Assembly: GCA_002633005.1 (NCBI GenBank)
Contig: NMRA01000417.1
Span: forward strand, 324,158-388,157
Direction: 5' to 3'
Length of the DNA stretch: 64,000 nt
DNA from: Phoronis australis
Taxonomy: Eukaryota; Animalia; Phoronida
Shown: one piece after another, positions 12,701-23,651 of the stretch
How the letters are laid out: each line of letters begins with the position of its first letter
How positions within the stretch are numbered: the stretch's first letter is position 1
Position numbers and translations under genes: made by a program
Notes under the pieces: generated by a model
Database searches by the model: none
What the model was told of the DNA's origin: nothing
Seen by the model: the letters and a program-made list of their open reading frames with translations, nothing else

Positions 12701-15700
12701 CTTGCTACGTGAATGTCTGAACTAGTATGTTGTTCTAATGATATATATCGGTCTGCGTCCGGTTTGTCGAGTTTTGTCTCGCATGTCATTGCCCCGCGTG
12801 TATTACTGTTGCAACGAATTCGGTCAGTAACGCTTTTATCGAATTTGGACGTGATGTTTGGGACTTGGGACAGGTTTTCATGAATATTCCATACTTGAGT
12901 GTCACATTTGTGCTCACGGAGTTCCGTATCTGAAGCTCCTTAAAAGGGGCATTATAGGTTTTACTGCCAAAACGGAATTGGATGGGACAGCCTTCCCGAT
13001 GATATTAGCTTTCACCACAACAAACTCTGTGTTTTGTGATTATATTACAAATCACTAATTCGACCTTGTCTACCTGACATGCGCTGAAATAAAGGCTGGT
13101 AGCACATGACCATACAAGATTTTGTTGGGTCTAGAGTAAACTTCCGGTTGAATCGCTTTTTAACTCTTTTACTACCTATTTTGGCATCATTCCTCAAATC
13201 AAATAGGAAGTCATTGTATGGCGGGCTCTGAATGAAAATCGACGAGTGCGCACAATTATCAGAACTGAAAACTATAGAACACGGACCTGCTGACATTTTC
13301 GGAAATTGGTCATTGCGTCACACTTCCGTTTTTATTCTTTTATAAATAGGTAAATAAAACAACAATAATGGTTCAACTGAAATTTTCGGATATAATAAAC
13401 ACCTTTGTCAACGGAAACAGAAATAAAGTAAAATCAAACACGACATCTGATATTTGGCGTAATGAACAAGATAGATTGTTGCGGAAAAAAGTAAAGGATA
13501 TGATTGAAGAAGTCTGTTGACAAAGGAGGTTACTATATCCGAAAATTTCAGTTGATCTATTATTGTAGTTTTATTTACCTATATATATATTCTAAGATTT
13601 TATTAATTCAAAAGTTTTATCGAATGAAAACGAAATGATGATTAATAAAATTGTAATGTTTTTTGAAATTTGGTCAGACATGTTTTTGTTACCGTCATTT
13701 TGCTGTAAAAGTAAGAAAAATCATCGTTTATTTTGCGCTCGGGGCCATCGGCCCACAGTACATATACAACATATGTACAATACATGCGCATGTAATATTT
13801 TTGGCATCCATAAGCTTTTTTCTGAGTACAGAAACGTGATATACAAACTTAATCATTTTTTTCAGAACACAAGGATCCGAAATTCTCATTAACCTCAAAA
13901 AGCAACGATCGCTTGACAGGCAGTCATTCGCATATCATTGGAGACGGGACATACACAAATAAAGTGAAATTCGTCTTCCACGCCACTAACTGTTGACTTG
14001 TACACCTACACACCATGTATATATATGTGTACAACTAAACATTCTTCTACTCATGGGCTTGAAGTTTGCATTTGCTGCTTGATTTGATCAGCGCTGTTCA
14101 TAAGGACTGTCAGTTGTCTTAAAGGCGAAGGCAACCTTTTCCATGTCTTTTTGAGCTAAAATAAGGCTGGTTGGTTATCCTAGACATATTTTCCACTTAA
14201 TTACAACTTTTCGTAATTTTATTAATTACTCGTCCGCTACTGCGGAAGTGACGTTTTAGGAGGCAAGCATTTCGCGCCAATTTCTTTTCATATAGTCTGA
14301 CTGTGAGAGCTGCCGAGTCAGTCATTGTTCTACCTCGGTTGTGTTAAGTTCCGTCGTCGTTTGCTTTCATTTACTAGTCAGTCAACATGCCACACTGTTG
14401 CTGCGTACCGGAATGTACTANNNNNNNNNNNNNNNNNNNNNNNNNNNNNNNNNNNNNNNNNNNNNNNNNNNNNNNNNNNNNNNNNNNNNNNNNNNNNNNN
14501 NNNNNNNNNNNNNNNNNNNNNNNNNNNNNNNNNNNNNNNNNNNNNNNNNNNNNNNNNNNNNNNNNNNNNNNNNNNNNNNNNNNNNNNNNNNNNNNNNNNN
14601 NNNNNNNNNNNNNNNNNNNNNNNNNNNNNNNNNNNNNNNNNNNNNNNNNNNNNNNNNNNNNNNNNNNNNNNNNNNNNNNNNNNNNNNNNNNNNNNNNNNN
14701 NNNNNNNNNNNNNNNNNNNNNNNNNNNNNNNNNNNNNNNNNNNNNNNNNNNNNNNNNNNNNNNNNNNNNNNNNNNNNNNNNNNNNNNNNNNNNNNNNNNN
14801 NNNNNNNNNNNNNNNNNNNNNNNNNNNNNNNNNNNNNNNNNNNNNNNNNNNNNNNNNNNNNNNNNNNNNNNNNNNNNNNNNNNNNNNNNNNNNNNNNNNN
14901 NNNNNNNNNNNNNNNNNNNNNNNNNNNNNNNNNNNNNNNNNNNNNNNNNNNNNNNNNNNNNNNNNNNNNNNNNNNNNNNNNNNNNNNNNNNNNNNNNNNN
15001 NNNNNNNNNNNNNNNNNNNNNNNNNNNNNNNNNNNNNNNNNNNNNNNNNNNNNNNNNNNNNNNNNNNNNNNNNNNNNNNNNNNNNNNNNNNNNNNNNNNN
15101 NNNNNNNNNNNNNNNNNNNNNNNNNNNNNNNNNNNNNNNNNNNNNNNNNNNNNNNNNNNNNNNNNNNNNNNNNNNNNNNNNNNNNNNNNNNNNNNNNNNN
15201 NNNNNNNNNNNNNNNNNNNNNNNNNNNNNNNNNNNNNNNNNNNNNNNNNNNNNNNNNNNNNNNNNNNNNNNNNNNNNNNNNNNNNNNNNNNNNNNNNNNN
15301 NNNATCTTGCCGCAGAATACTCGCCGATGGAAAGTGGTGGCGACAATTGTTGAAAAACAGCACAAAACAAAAGTAGAATAGAACAGATTCGCACGGTAAA
15401 GTCAACGCAAAACCAAGTGGCGGGAAACGCTTGCCTCCTAAAACGTCACATCCGGAGTAGCAGACGAGTAATTAATAAAATTACGAAAAGCTGTAATTAA
15501 GTGGAAAATATGTCTAGGATAACCAACCCACCTTATTTTAGCTCAAAATGACATGGAAAAGGGTTGCCTTCGCCTTTAACTCGGATACTAGGTCATCTAC
15601 TAAATAACGGGCATTTTCGCGTATTTCGTTACTGAGGACACATTTCAACATCTGTATTTTCTAATGTCACTTATGGTAGGTGCACTAGGTGCTTGTACAC

Positions 15701-18700
15701 CTACATATCCTGTACTGTGTGTACAATAATTAAAATTCTGCTACTCACGGACTTGGTTTGATTTGTACTGTTGATAAGGACTGTCATGCAGTTGTCTGAA
15801 CTCGGGTCCCACGTCATCTACTAAATAACGGGCATTTCCGTGTATTTTGTTACTGAGAGAAAGTCTGGGTACCACCACCCCATCTACTGCACAACGGGCA
15901 TACTCTGGGTATATGACTATTTGTTGCAACCGACAGGAATACTTGGGCCCCATCAACTAAAGAACGGGCATGTACTGTGTGTAGATGACTATTTTGTTGC
16001 AACGGACACAAGTAGTTGGTTCACATCCAATTAAACTAATTGCCTCAGGTTGCCTGTAGATTGGAAGTTGTAAATTTAATTCTTTGCTTAGCGAAATTTC
16101 ATTTATATAGACAAAGACTGCAAAAGGCTAAGTCCAATTTTCAGTCATTTTTACGGGAGGTGTGTGATTGCCACAGCCTGGAAAATTTTTTTTACAATTA
16201 TAAATTGGCTCCTGAGAGATTCCAGGCAAGGTGATCTTCTTTTTTGCCTAGCAATCAGCTTTTATAAGATTCGATAATGTTTCTAATCTGTTCGATGTAC
16301 TTGCCTATATTTTCTGTACTCCTATGTACTGGTTGGTTGAATTAATAAATGCTTTACCCCAAAAATAAAAAAAATGCTTCCCAGCTATTGCATGTTGGAT
16401 ATCAACCAACTAACCAGCTGACTCTCACTTCGGATAGCTTTAAGCTTTGACCACCAGGTGGGGCAGGTATTGGATGTTGGATATCAACCAACCAACCAAC
16501 TATTTATCCCTTTAGGTAGTGTTAAGACTTGACCACCAATTGGGGCAGATATTGGATGTTGGATGTCAACCAACTAACCACAAAGGCAGCTGACCGTTTC
16601 CTTTTGGATTGGTACGATTTGGCCACCAGGTGGGGCAGCTATTGGATGTTGGATGTCAACCAACTAACCAGCTGTCCGTTTCCTTTTGGATTGGTACGAT
16701 TTGGCCACCAGGTGGGGCAGCTATTGGATGTGAGCCAATTAACCAACTAAATCTTTCTTGGGATAGTTTTACGGTTTTACCACTAGGTGTGGCAGTAGTA
16801 ACGTGTATACCTAACTAGTTTTTTGACATTCATGTAAGATTCTGATCGTTTTACCATTTGGCCACCAGGGGCATTGATTGTTAACTTAGTCCAACTCACC
16901 AGCTGTCTCCATGTTCACAATTTGACCACAAGGTGTGGCAGTAGTAACGTGTACACCTTATTAGTTGGTTGACATCCATGTAAGATTCTGACATGTATGA
17001 GACAATTTTGACCAGAGCTTTGTTTACATAGAAAACATCTACGTAGATATTTGTTAACAGATAGATGTCTTCCCACCTCGACCAACAGTCTTTGATTTGA
17101 ACACAGGAACCTTACAAAGTAAATTGTGGAGCAATGGGGGTAATTTGAATGAAACATAGGCTTCCAAATTGAATATCGTTTTGAAGAGAGAGTATGTACA
17201 TAATTTTTAATTGTTTTGCACGTCTGTGTTCCATTCTTTCAGAACGCAATCCTTAATTTGTCAATTTAAATAACTTTAACCCACCAGACTTTTATAAAAT
17301 GTACTGTGAACATTCTCCATACAGCGATACTCTTTGAATCCCCCACTTCAGCGCCATAACTGAGGATTAGGTAAACCATTTTGTCAAAAACATCAGACAT
17401 CTGGTGGTGGAAGACTATCACATTTGCGCTGAAACTTTTTAATCGTTGAAACTGCTTTTTTGTTTGAGTAGCCAATATCCTGTGACCACACAAGTTAGGG
17501 GGTAAAACGTAAACAGAGATAATTGTAAAACGACGATACTGTAATATATTTACTATCAAAGTGCTATTTTTCGTAAGTGTGCAATTGCTCACCTCGTCTG
17601 AAAACGACAAGTTTTGTCTTTGACAAATTTAAACTCGTTCCTCAGTCACGACAATACTTATGTTTTATGGATGTTTCAGCACAGCCGACAGTATCATCTG
17701 CATACATCAAGACACTCAGCTCGAGAACATCTTCATTGATGAGTATACCGCCGTGCCGTCAGGCACTTGCTCTACTACGCTCAGATTGTCTTCCAAAGCA
17801 AACGCCTAATTCAATGATGCAGGGGCATTGTTAAGACAATCAGTATAGTTCACATGCGAGAATGTTTCCCTTTCAACTTCAGTCCACCTGGGTAACAGGT
17901 TAAATAGAGATTTAAAATAACAATACCACGTACTGGTTCGAACCTATCGAGTTTTAAATAGTGTTCTTACTACGAGATGTTTTTACTTAACTCCATAACT
18001 CTAGAGGGTTGATTTTTAGTTCAACCACCTTACTACTCAGACTACCACAATTGTTCTTTGCCGTTTTCCTTGAACTTTTGATTAAAATGATCTAACAAGG
18101 ACTAAAATACCTTTGTTGTCATCGTCGCTCTGTTTATTTAGATCCATTTCCCCTAGCTAGGATTTTCTGGAATTTGAGTTGCACTGTCATCTGTTTAATG
18201 CCAAATGTAGATGAAATAATAAAAACACTTACGACAAACCAAGCGCATTAGTATAACAAACTTTAAAAGCACCATGCGTTTTGTACTCTAGTTCTCCCAC
18301 AATGGCGGGTAAAAAGCAAGTGATAACCAACCTGGATTAGACAGCATAGTATGCATGCAGATACATTACGGTTCATTGGTCTTCCCCTAGGGAGCGAGTT
18401 GCATGGATGCAAACCAGTTGAAAACCAATTTTAGCATTAGGCTATAACGTGAACAGCGCGTCACTGTTATAAACGGGTCATTGGGTGTCAAAAATCAGCT
18501 GCCACTTTCTTAATCATGCAGTATGCATTTGATATTACCTGTTAAAGTGTGGTATCGTATGTTAGCGATGGCAGATGAAGGGTGTTGTCGTTGAATGAGA
18601 TAATTAAGATAACGTAACAGGGCGTCACCCTTTATGACGAGTCAGTTGGACACACTGCAAATGATTACCCCCTGCGAGTCTATTTGCCAAGAGAATAACG

Positions 18701-19644
18701 TTTTGTGACAGAGTAACAGTAAAAGTTTTGTCCTGGGGTAAAAACGCCGTGTCACACTTTTGAGAGAAATATGACCAGAACGAGTGCAGAAACCGGGCGT
18801 GACAAAACATAGCGTGAACAAATGACGGGGAATAATATGCGTGTAATACGATGACCCCGAGCTATTGGGAATAAATTCTAGATTTTAATTATTTTTTCGT
18901 AAAAATGATTTGATTCGTAGTTGTCGTTAACTTGACTTGGCTGCAGTTGTTCGGGGTAGGACACTTGACATATGTCCAGGGGAATAATCCCCGAGTCACC
19001 ACCAATTCTGCACCCCCCTGTTCTCACCCAAATTCACCCGTCGCCACCCCCTCCCCCTTATCAACTGTTCTACCTGGTCAATCAGTCCACGTACATCTAA
19101 TACGCGGTAAGTGAGCAATAGAGATATAATCCGTAACGTTGTTTTCTAATACTTACTGGCAGCATAAACTCCCTGAAACAAACAACAAATTGAGATGTAA
19201 ACAATTAAATGGTAGGAAAACAAAAACAAAAAAGGAGAATTTACTGGATATTATTACTTGTACTTTTTCCTCCATTGCACAATAACCGAATTCACCACAT
19301 CTTGTCTAATGTAAATGTTTTGAGACTGTTTGTTTTCTGACAAGGGTAACTCGGTCACATAACATGAACATCCTCCTACTTTATGAACGATTCAAATGTC
19401 TGTCAAACGTTAAAAAACATGAATCATGACCCAGCCGTTGCAGGCGATGATGACCATTTACTCGTTTGTCACGGTTCACCTGTCATGGATAATATATTTT
19501 CTTTGCAGGTGTGGCTGTGTTAAAACACAATCGCTCTGTTATCAGCCTTCGGAGAAACGGTGAAATTAATTCACAAAGAAATAAGACTGGACCTCTTACT
19601 TGTAACATTGTCGTGCAGACTAGGAAGGCTACTAAAGTCTTCAT
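399..19644 (-). CDS. ZP-module transmembrane protein, 10 coding exons (19644-19600, 19172-19157, 10202-10119, 6387-6251, 5967-5819, 4941-4805 [allelic duplicate 4434-4298], 3539-3464, 3202-2992, 1648-1558, 721-399); 422 aa
   Basis: All junctions are GT-AG with compatible phases, and exon lengths sum to 1269 nt. The translation has a signal peptide (MKTLVAFLVCTTMLQGVYA), four ZP-N Cys ending in DDLVFTASCDF, and a ZP-C-like region (LELTDMYG..SIGQDVRLRV..RAISCSA..SC..FQCLGF..ITYMCNIAFC..KC..TC). It continues with furin site REKR, an EHP-like TTIEVL, a TM helix and a Cys-rich tail. More exons could lie in the 9 kb second intron or its gap. Confidence 0.85.
1165..1310 (+). mobile_element. Decayed tRNA-derived SINE
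   Basis: A-box-like TGGCCTAGTG and B-box GGTTCGAGT at tRNA spacing; no intact cloverleaf. Confidence 0.5.
1558..1648 (-). CDS. ZP gene exon 9: last ZP Cys, furin site, EHP-like patch
   Basis: ttttcttaattctag|ATCGHTREKRQTNSNTNTGTTIEVLSKRQL G|gtacga; phase 0 to 1 bridges the flanking exons exactly. Confidence 0.85.
1750..2375. repeat. Dispersed ~600-bp repeat; opposite-orientation copies at ~35140-35860 and ~36830-37550
   Basis: For example caaatgcgcgccaaccaaacaatgctggaattcc (~1857) is the reverse complement of ggaattccggcattgtttggttggcgcgcatttg (~35721). Confidence 0.8.
2992..3202 (-). CDS. ZP gene exon 8 (C-terminal half of ZP-C)
   Basis: atttgcag|...CSIQDVP...PFQCLGFNTDSAFITYMCNIAFCKDDDEVKCKK|gtataa. 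Confidence 0.85.
3464..3539 (-). CDS. ZP gene exon 7 (ZP-C)
   Basis: attttag|(T)AQQVRAISCSAHDTSEGSFELFPE(S)|gtatga; phase 1 to 2. Confidence 0.85.
4106..5127. repeat. Near-identical direct duplication (4106-4619 / 4621-5127) around a single N: allelic contig overlap
   Basis: Copies differ by an 8-bp indel and a SNP; junction is the single n at 4620. Confidence 0.85.
4805..4941 (-). CDS. ZP gene exon 6 (linker and ZP-C start); second copy at 4298-4434 lies in an assembly overlap
   Basis: gttttatag|MLDKLSAMNLPEDVELELTDMYGNKMNQCSIGQDVRLRVTLKKSI|gtaagt; phase 2 to 1. Confidence 0.85.
5505..5637 (-). CDS. Putative alternative exon of the ZP gene encoding a TM helix (alternative last exon, or 129-nt cassette 5637-5509)
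   Basis: ggtttcag acceptor in phase 2 matches the exon 5 donor; reads (G)VIGIPLFFVVFSAALIYSFFQCKQNAFAVQRAETSMGESWQPR*; internal ag|gtaaat donor, also phase 2; AATAAA on minus strand at 5250-5245. Confidence 0.5.
5819..5967 (-). CDS. ZP gene exon 5 (end of ZP-N)
   Basis: aatttcag|MSETNNLHVRVIATKLRDQVQPDDLVFTASCDFNKNSTQEFVSEYRTVG(G)|gtaagt; phase 0 to 2. Confidence 0.85.
6251..6387 (-). CDS. ZP gene exon 4 (ZP-N Cys2, Cys3)
   Basis: cttgtttccatag|(G)STYSRVFLDNRHYSECFASSPDHLQLQIDVGVSGQTETGQGCQAE|gtaaat; phase 1 to 0. Confidence 0.8.
6490..7630. mobile_element. Non-autonomous Helitron/Helentron-like interspersed repeat with internal sub-repeats and GGAC microsatellite; related sequence at ~10700-11710
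   Basis: Recurrent aaatttcatgaaaatc.gt and ccactagg units followed by (GGAC)n; family assignment is inference. Confidence 0.4.
7726..9900. repeat. Diverged tandem duplication of a ~1.12-kb unit with GATGAC-rich low-complexity blocks
   Basis: gaaagcgctccgaggagcgaaacttg (7726) recurs as gaaagcactcagaggagcgaaacttg (~8848); downstream blocks are collinear. Confidence 0.8.
10119..10202 (-). CDS. ZP gene exon 3 (ZP-N Cys1)
   Basis: atcttttcag|(I)QAKYSCHNPSLDVDGDEFVVFWLEHEE(G)|gttcgt; phase 1 to 1; unique island between repeats. Confidence 0.75.
13341..13585. mobile_element. Palindromic MITE (~70-bp imperfect inverted arms)
   Basis: ataggtaaataaaac..tcaactgaaattttcggatata..cctttgtcaac versus gttgacaaagg..tatatccgaaaatttcagttga..gttttatttacctat. 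Confidence 0.7.
14123..15575. mobile_element. Kolobok-type non-autonomous DNA transposon, ~160-bp near-identical TIRs, TTAA TSD, interior largely an N-gap (14421-15303)
   Basis: ttaa|aggcgaaggcaacc ... ggttgccttcgcct|ttaa; AG...CT termini with a TTAA duplication fit the Kolobok superfamily. Confidence 0.8.
16035..16374 (+). mobile_element. 3' end of an L1/Tx1-like LINE
   Basis: VVNLILCLAKFHLYRQRLQKAKSNFQSFLREV resembles an L1/Tx1 ORF2 C-terminus; followed by AATAAA and an A-tail. Confidence 0.6.
16380..16990. repeat. Minisatellite, ~70-80-bp unit, about 7-8 diverged copies
   Basis: Recurrent ccaccaggtggggcagctattggatgttggatgtcaaccaactaacc. Confidence 0.85.
17010..17480 (-). mobile_element. 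Decayed LINE RT C-terminal fragment
   Basis: ILSYGAEVG and NQRLLVEVGRH...RRCFLC motifs typical of non-LTR retrotransposon ORF2 ends. Confidence 0.55.
19157..19172 (-). CDS. ZP gene exon 2, 16-nt micro-exon (GVYAA, signal peptidase site)
   Basis: tttgttgtttgtttcag|GGAGTTTATGCTGCCA|gtaagt; strong splice sites, phase 0 to 1. Confidence 0.75.
19600..19644 (-). CDS. ZP gene first coding exon (signal peptide); exon begins at 19660
   Basis: attttcag|...aatcATG MKTLVAFLVCTTMLQ|gtaaga; phase 0. Confidence 0.75.
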
Positions 19645-20802
19645 GATTGTTGATTCACCTCTGAAAATATATTATGAACTTAAGTAGGAAATTTGATTCG
19701 AGTTCACATACACACATGTATTTCTCAATACATTATGAACACAGAATTGGCTACAAATATTACTACGTCAAATCTGAGGTACACATTTTCAGTGTCAATA
19801 TGATCTCATGCTTTCGACTTTCGCCAGGCGTGGACAGGTGGCACAAGGGGCCCATGTCCCATTGTCACTGCGTAAAACGACCCTGTCAAACGCTGTCTAC
19901 TTTGATTAATCGACACACAACATTTGATCTTTCCGGTATAGAGTAATTCTACATCCGCCTCGATGTTGACACTTGTAATTCTTTAAGCATGTCCAATGTA
20001 TTTATCGGAAGCAACTCGGTGTGGCTCCTCGGTAGTTTTGATGGAGTGTCTCACTGTTCATATCTTATACCTAAAAAGAATGATGGTTCGGGTAGACTGA
20101 GGATTTCATGTAGCTGTATGACACTGACGTCAATGATGGTGTAAAATTATGATCGTAAACGTTCTGAAGGTTTTGAAATATACATGTATTGCGATTTTAC
20201 AGCAAGGCAATTTATGTATGGTTAGCTAAATCAACGGCTATGTTCACCGACGTAGTGTGGAGGCACCAGGGACCATTGTTCATACTGGTTTTTGATGAGG
20301 ACACCTTAGCTAGGACAGGCAATTTTGTTTGAGTATGTGAGAAAAAGAGCACTGATGCATTGACCAGATTTCACGTCTGTCATGCTCAAGGGGTTAATGG
20401 TGATCACCACGCCACATGAGTGTGCATGTATATTGTAGTACAGTATCGACGGAACACAGCTTAATACATGAGGAGCACGGAATAATACGGTGTTTTGAAA
20501 GAAAACCATAAACTTTTAACTGTCTAACCCCATCCATTACCGGCGCATGATATTCTGTAGTTGTGGACAAACTAATAATAGTAAGAAGTCTTTTTGTGCA
20601 TGTCTGTTGGTTTTCAAAAGCAGCTGACTATAGCTTTACTCGGAAAAGGTTCCAAACCGCAGAAATAAAATGAATCAGAGACTTGAATGATCTTGGCTGC
20701 GTTAAGACTTAAGTATAATAATACCAAAGATATTAAGAAACAACTACAGAAGAGTACAGATACATGTGAGACAAATATAACCCGTAAACGTGTAGTACTT
20801 AC

Positions 20803-20879
20803 CTGAACTTCCAACTAAATGTGCTCAAGCGTTGACTTTCGACTTAAGAGTTACGGATATCTCGATTGCATTACTCCAC
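20803..20879 (-). other. Probable 5' UTR exon of the ZP gene
   Basis: Perfect cag|gtaagt donor at 20803/20802 and ttttcag acceptor; stops in all three frames; palindromic CRE TGACGTCA at 20991-20998 just upstream. Confidence 0.4.
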
Positions 20880-21253
20880 CTGAAAATCCACTGATGTATG
20901 CTTGGCTTCGCCTCTGGTTCTATTCATGTCAACACGGGTGTGGGGTGACATCCTCAACAAAACGCGTGAACAAGTCCATTGTCATGGTGGTGACGTCATT
21001 GACCTGCTGCACAGCGGGTGGGTGCCGCCAATTTTGTTTTCGAATAAAGTCGACATGATAAAAACCGCTTTGAAAGTAGTAAGGCGTAGGATTGTACCAA
21101 ATAGGATATTTTCTCCTATTAAAATGGATGTGTTGTGAAGTTTCATTTACCTAACCTTAACTCTAGCCCTAAACCTAACCCATACTGGGAAGTTTGTAAT
21201 TAACAAGATACAATCCTGCCGCATAGAGGAAAGTAGATGCATCTTTCAAGAAA

Positions 21254-21520
21254 GACTTAGCTGCATGGCCAGGTCGGATACGAGTTTAACATAAGATGAT
21301 GAGAAATCTGCACTATTCACGTGGCACAAAATAACGGCAATTTTGATCGATATTTTAAAGCTGATAACAATCATGATGTGAAGTTTGAACAATGACTTAG
21401 ATGCATGGCCATGTCGGATATGAGTTTAATATAGGATAATGGGAAATCTGCACTATTCACGTGGCACAAAATTACTACAATTTTGGTCCATATTTTAAAA
21501 CCGATATCAATCATATTGTG
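21254..21520. repeat. Two-copy tandem repeat, ~140-bp unit
   Basis: gacttag.tgcatggcca.gtcggata.gagtttaa...gaaatctgcactattcacgtggcacaaaa occurs twice. Confidence 0.8.
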
Positions 21521-22126
21521 GTGTTTGAAACACCAACTTTCTTTACATATTTATTCTTCAAAAAAGTCAATGTAATCTCTGTTCTATATTTGTTTAAATG
21601 CAAAGTTAAGCCTGAGCCTACAAAGGCGTTGCCTTTTTTAATCCTCAATTACACCAATTTCCATACAAATCCATGCTTGAATATGTTACTCAATGGGAAA
21701 TTTACTAAAAAAACTATACACTATATTACAAGAAAAGCTCCCATTCACACCGCTTTACAGAGAATTCGTTAAAGAAGTATAAAATTTATGGTCGTATCAT
21801 CTTGAATTGAAATATTTTAAGCTTTTTACACATCGCATTTAAATTTCTGTGATATTATGTATTCACGTAACAATCAGTAAATGCATGCTTACTTCTCCAG
21901 GTACACATATTCGATTAGAGGAAGCTTTAGGCATAACAGAAGCTTAGAAAATATTCAACTCAGTTAGGTTCTAAGTTGTCTCAACCGGATAAAACCTGTA
22001 ACACTAATCTTAAGTAGCCATATATGCCTTAAAGTCTTAAAAACATTATGATTTGTTTATTACCACAAATGACGTTACTAGGTTGTGGCAAGACATTTTA
22101 TACCTCAAGAATAATTTAAAGCCGCT

Positions 22127-22223
22127 TTGAAATAATATTAAGGGCACTGGAAAGTCCCGTAGGGTGGTATGTTGCCAACTTACTACCCTTCCGGACTTTT
22201 CAGTGCCCTTAATATTATTTCAA
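22127..22223. repeat. ~97-bp hairpin (MITE-like)
   Basis: ttgaaataatattaagggcactggaaagtcc..agggtggta / tactaccct..ggacttttcagtgcccttaatattatttcaa. Confidence 0.75.
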
Positions 22224-23651
22224 TTTCCTCGCAAAAATGAAATTACCTTATATAGAAGTAAATGTCGATTGTTACTGAACAGCAACAAAATCAGAATTGA
22301 TTTGGAGATCACAAATTTGCTCACATACCCTCTCACAAAGCGGAGCGCACTGCTTTTCCCAGGTATTCAAACAACGCACATATGTTCAAACCGTTTGTTC
22401 AAATCTGCACAAAATGGAACTCTGTATGCTTTCAGATTTATCTGACTGAACCTCTGTTCATTACTCTCGTTTACTACAGCTTCATTTAAATGTAAGCACA
22501 TTTTCTGAAAGGTTGGGATCACTGACATTTCGAAGGATCTAATATATTTTTAAACGAATATTTGCCCATAATCACACAATCTATAAAACACCTGTAGGAT
22601 TCTGAATAGTAATTTGTTGCAGTCGTGAAACATATAGGATTATTATACGTCTTTTAGGTGAAGCTATAGAACAATATATAGACTAACCTTCAGAAAGTTC
22701 TAAAAGAGTCCCAGTTCATTTTTCTCGCTGGCGCTATTGCGCGTATTGTCATTTATGTGACTTTAGTCTCCGTTATACTAGATAGTATTTTGTTGTGTTT
22801 TCATTCCCTGTGGCCCTGAGCGCCATGTAAGCACTGGCGAAAAAAAGAGATTTATATGGCTGTATAGATGAACATCAAGGGTGTTAATCAGCCATCTCTG
22901 TAGAAATGTCTGAAAGTGGACCTTGTGTTTCCATAGGCTGAACACACCCATCGTAGGGCTACTTAAAAGAAAGGTTCGAGTCCATGTAGAAAAAATCAAA
23001 CTCCAGATGAGAACCTGAGTCCAGGTGAGTAATCTACGGTCCATTTTATCAGTGGTGGAAAGTAAGGTAGTCAAAACCGTACTGGGTAAGTGCGTAATTG
23101 CAAGAGAGGCGCTGCGTTTATGTGAGAGCGAAACATAGCAACTTACGTTAAGTTTATTAATTTTCACATTCGTACTAAATAGACCATGAACCGTAGCTCC
23201 AATCATTTCATCATGTGACCATGTGGGGTTGCCAATTTCATTCTATGTGACTAGATTTGGAAAAGGCACACGTATGAATTACCTTTCTGTGATAACTTCC
23301 CTTTTCTCGTTGTCCTTCTACATTCTTCTGATGGTAGGCTTCCTACTTCAGTTTCTCAAAAACCCAAAGACATTGGTGCCTGTTTGCATGCTAAAAGTGA
23401 CTGTCCTGAACGCTACAAACTAGCAGGTTTGACTAGTTACCTGAGGAGGGCGCACCAGTTGAAATCCAACACATAAAACAAGTTCTGGTTAACAATGGTT
23501 ATTCTAACTTTTTCGTTGTTACCAACGTTAGGTCCTTCATCTCTAACATTGACTCTCATGTTGACATTGAACCTAGTGCTAGCACCACTAAGAATGTGTA
23601 CTATAAAAACTATAAATCTAATAATTATCTGAGTAACGAACATGTACTTAA

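Noticed and set aside
14325-15405. Six long ORFs in the track
   Set aside because: Artefacts of translating the N-gap; the same applies to 36071-36283 and 48775-49380.
16380-16990. CRISPR-like regular repeats
   Set aside because: Whole units are homologous with no unique spacers, there are no cas genes, and the context is eukaryotic; it is a minisatellite.
21150-21181. Telomere-like CCTAAC repeats
   Set aside because: Only about 30 bp and degenerate; a common repeat-associated motif.
22778-23206. 142-aa minus-strand ORF
   Set aside because: No convincing domain or splice context; at most a very decayed RT fragment.
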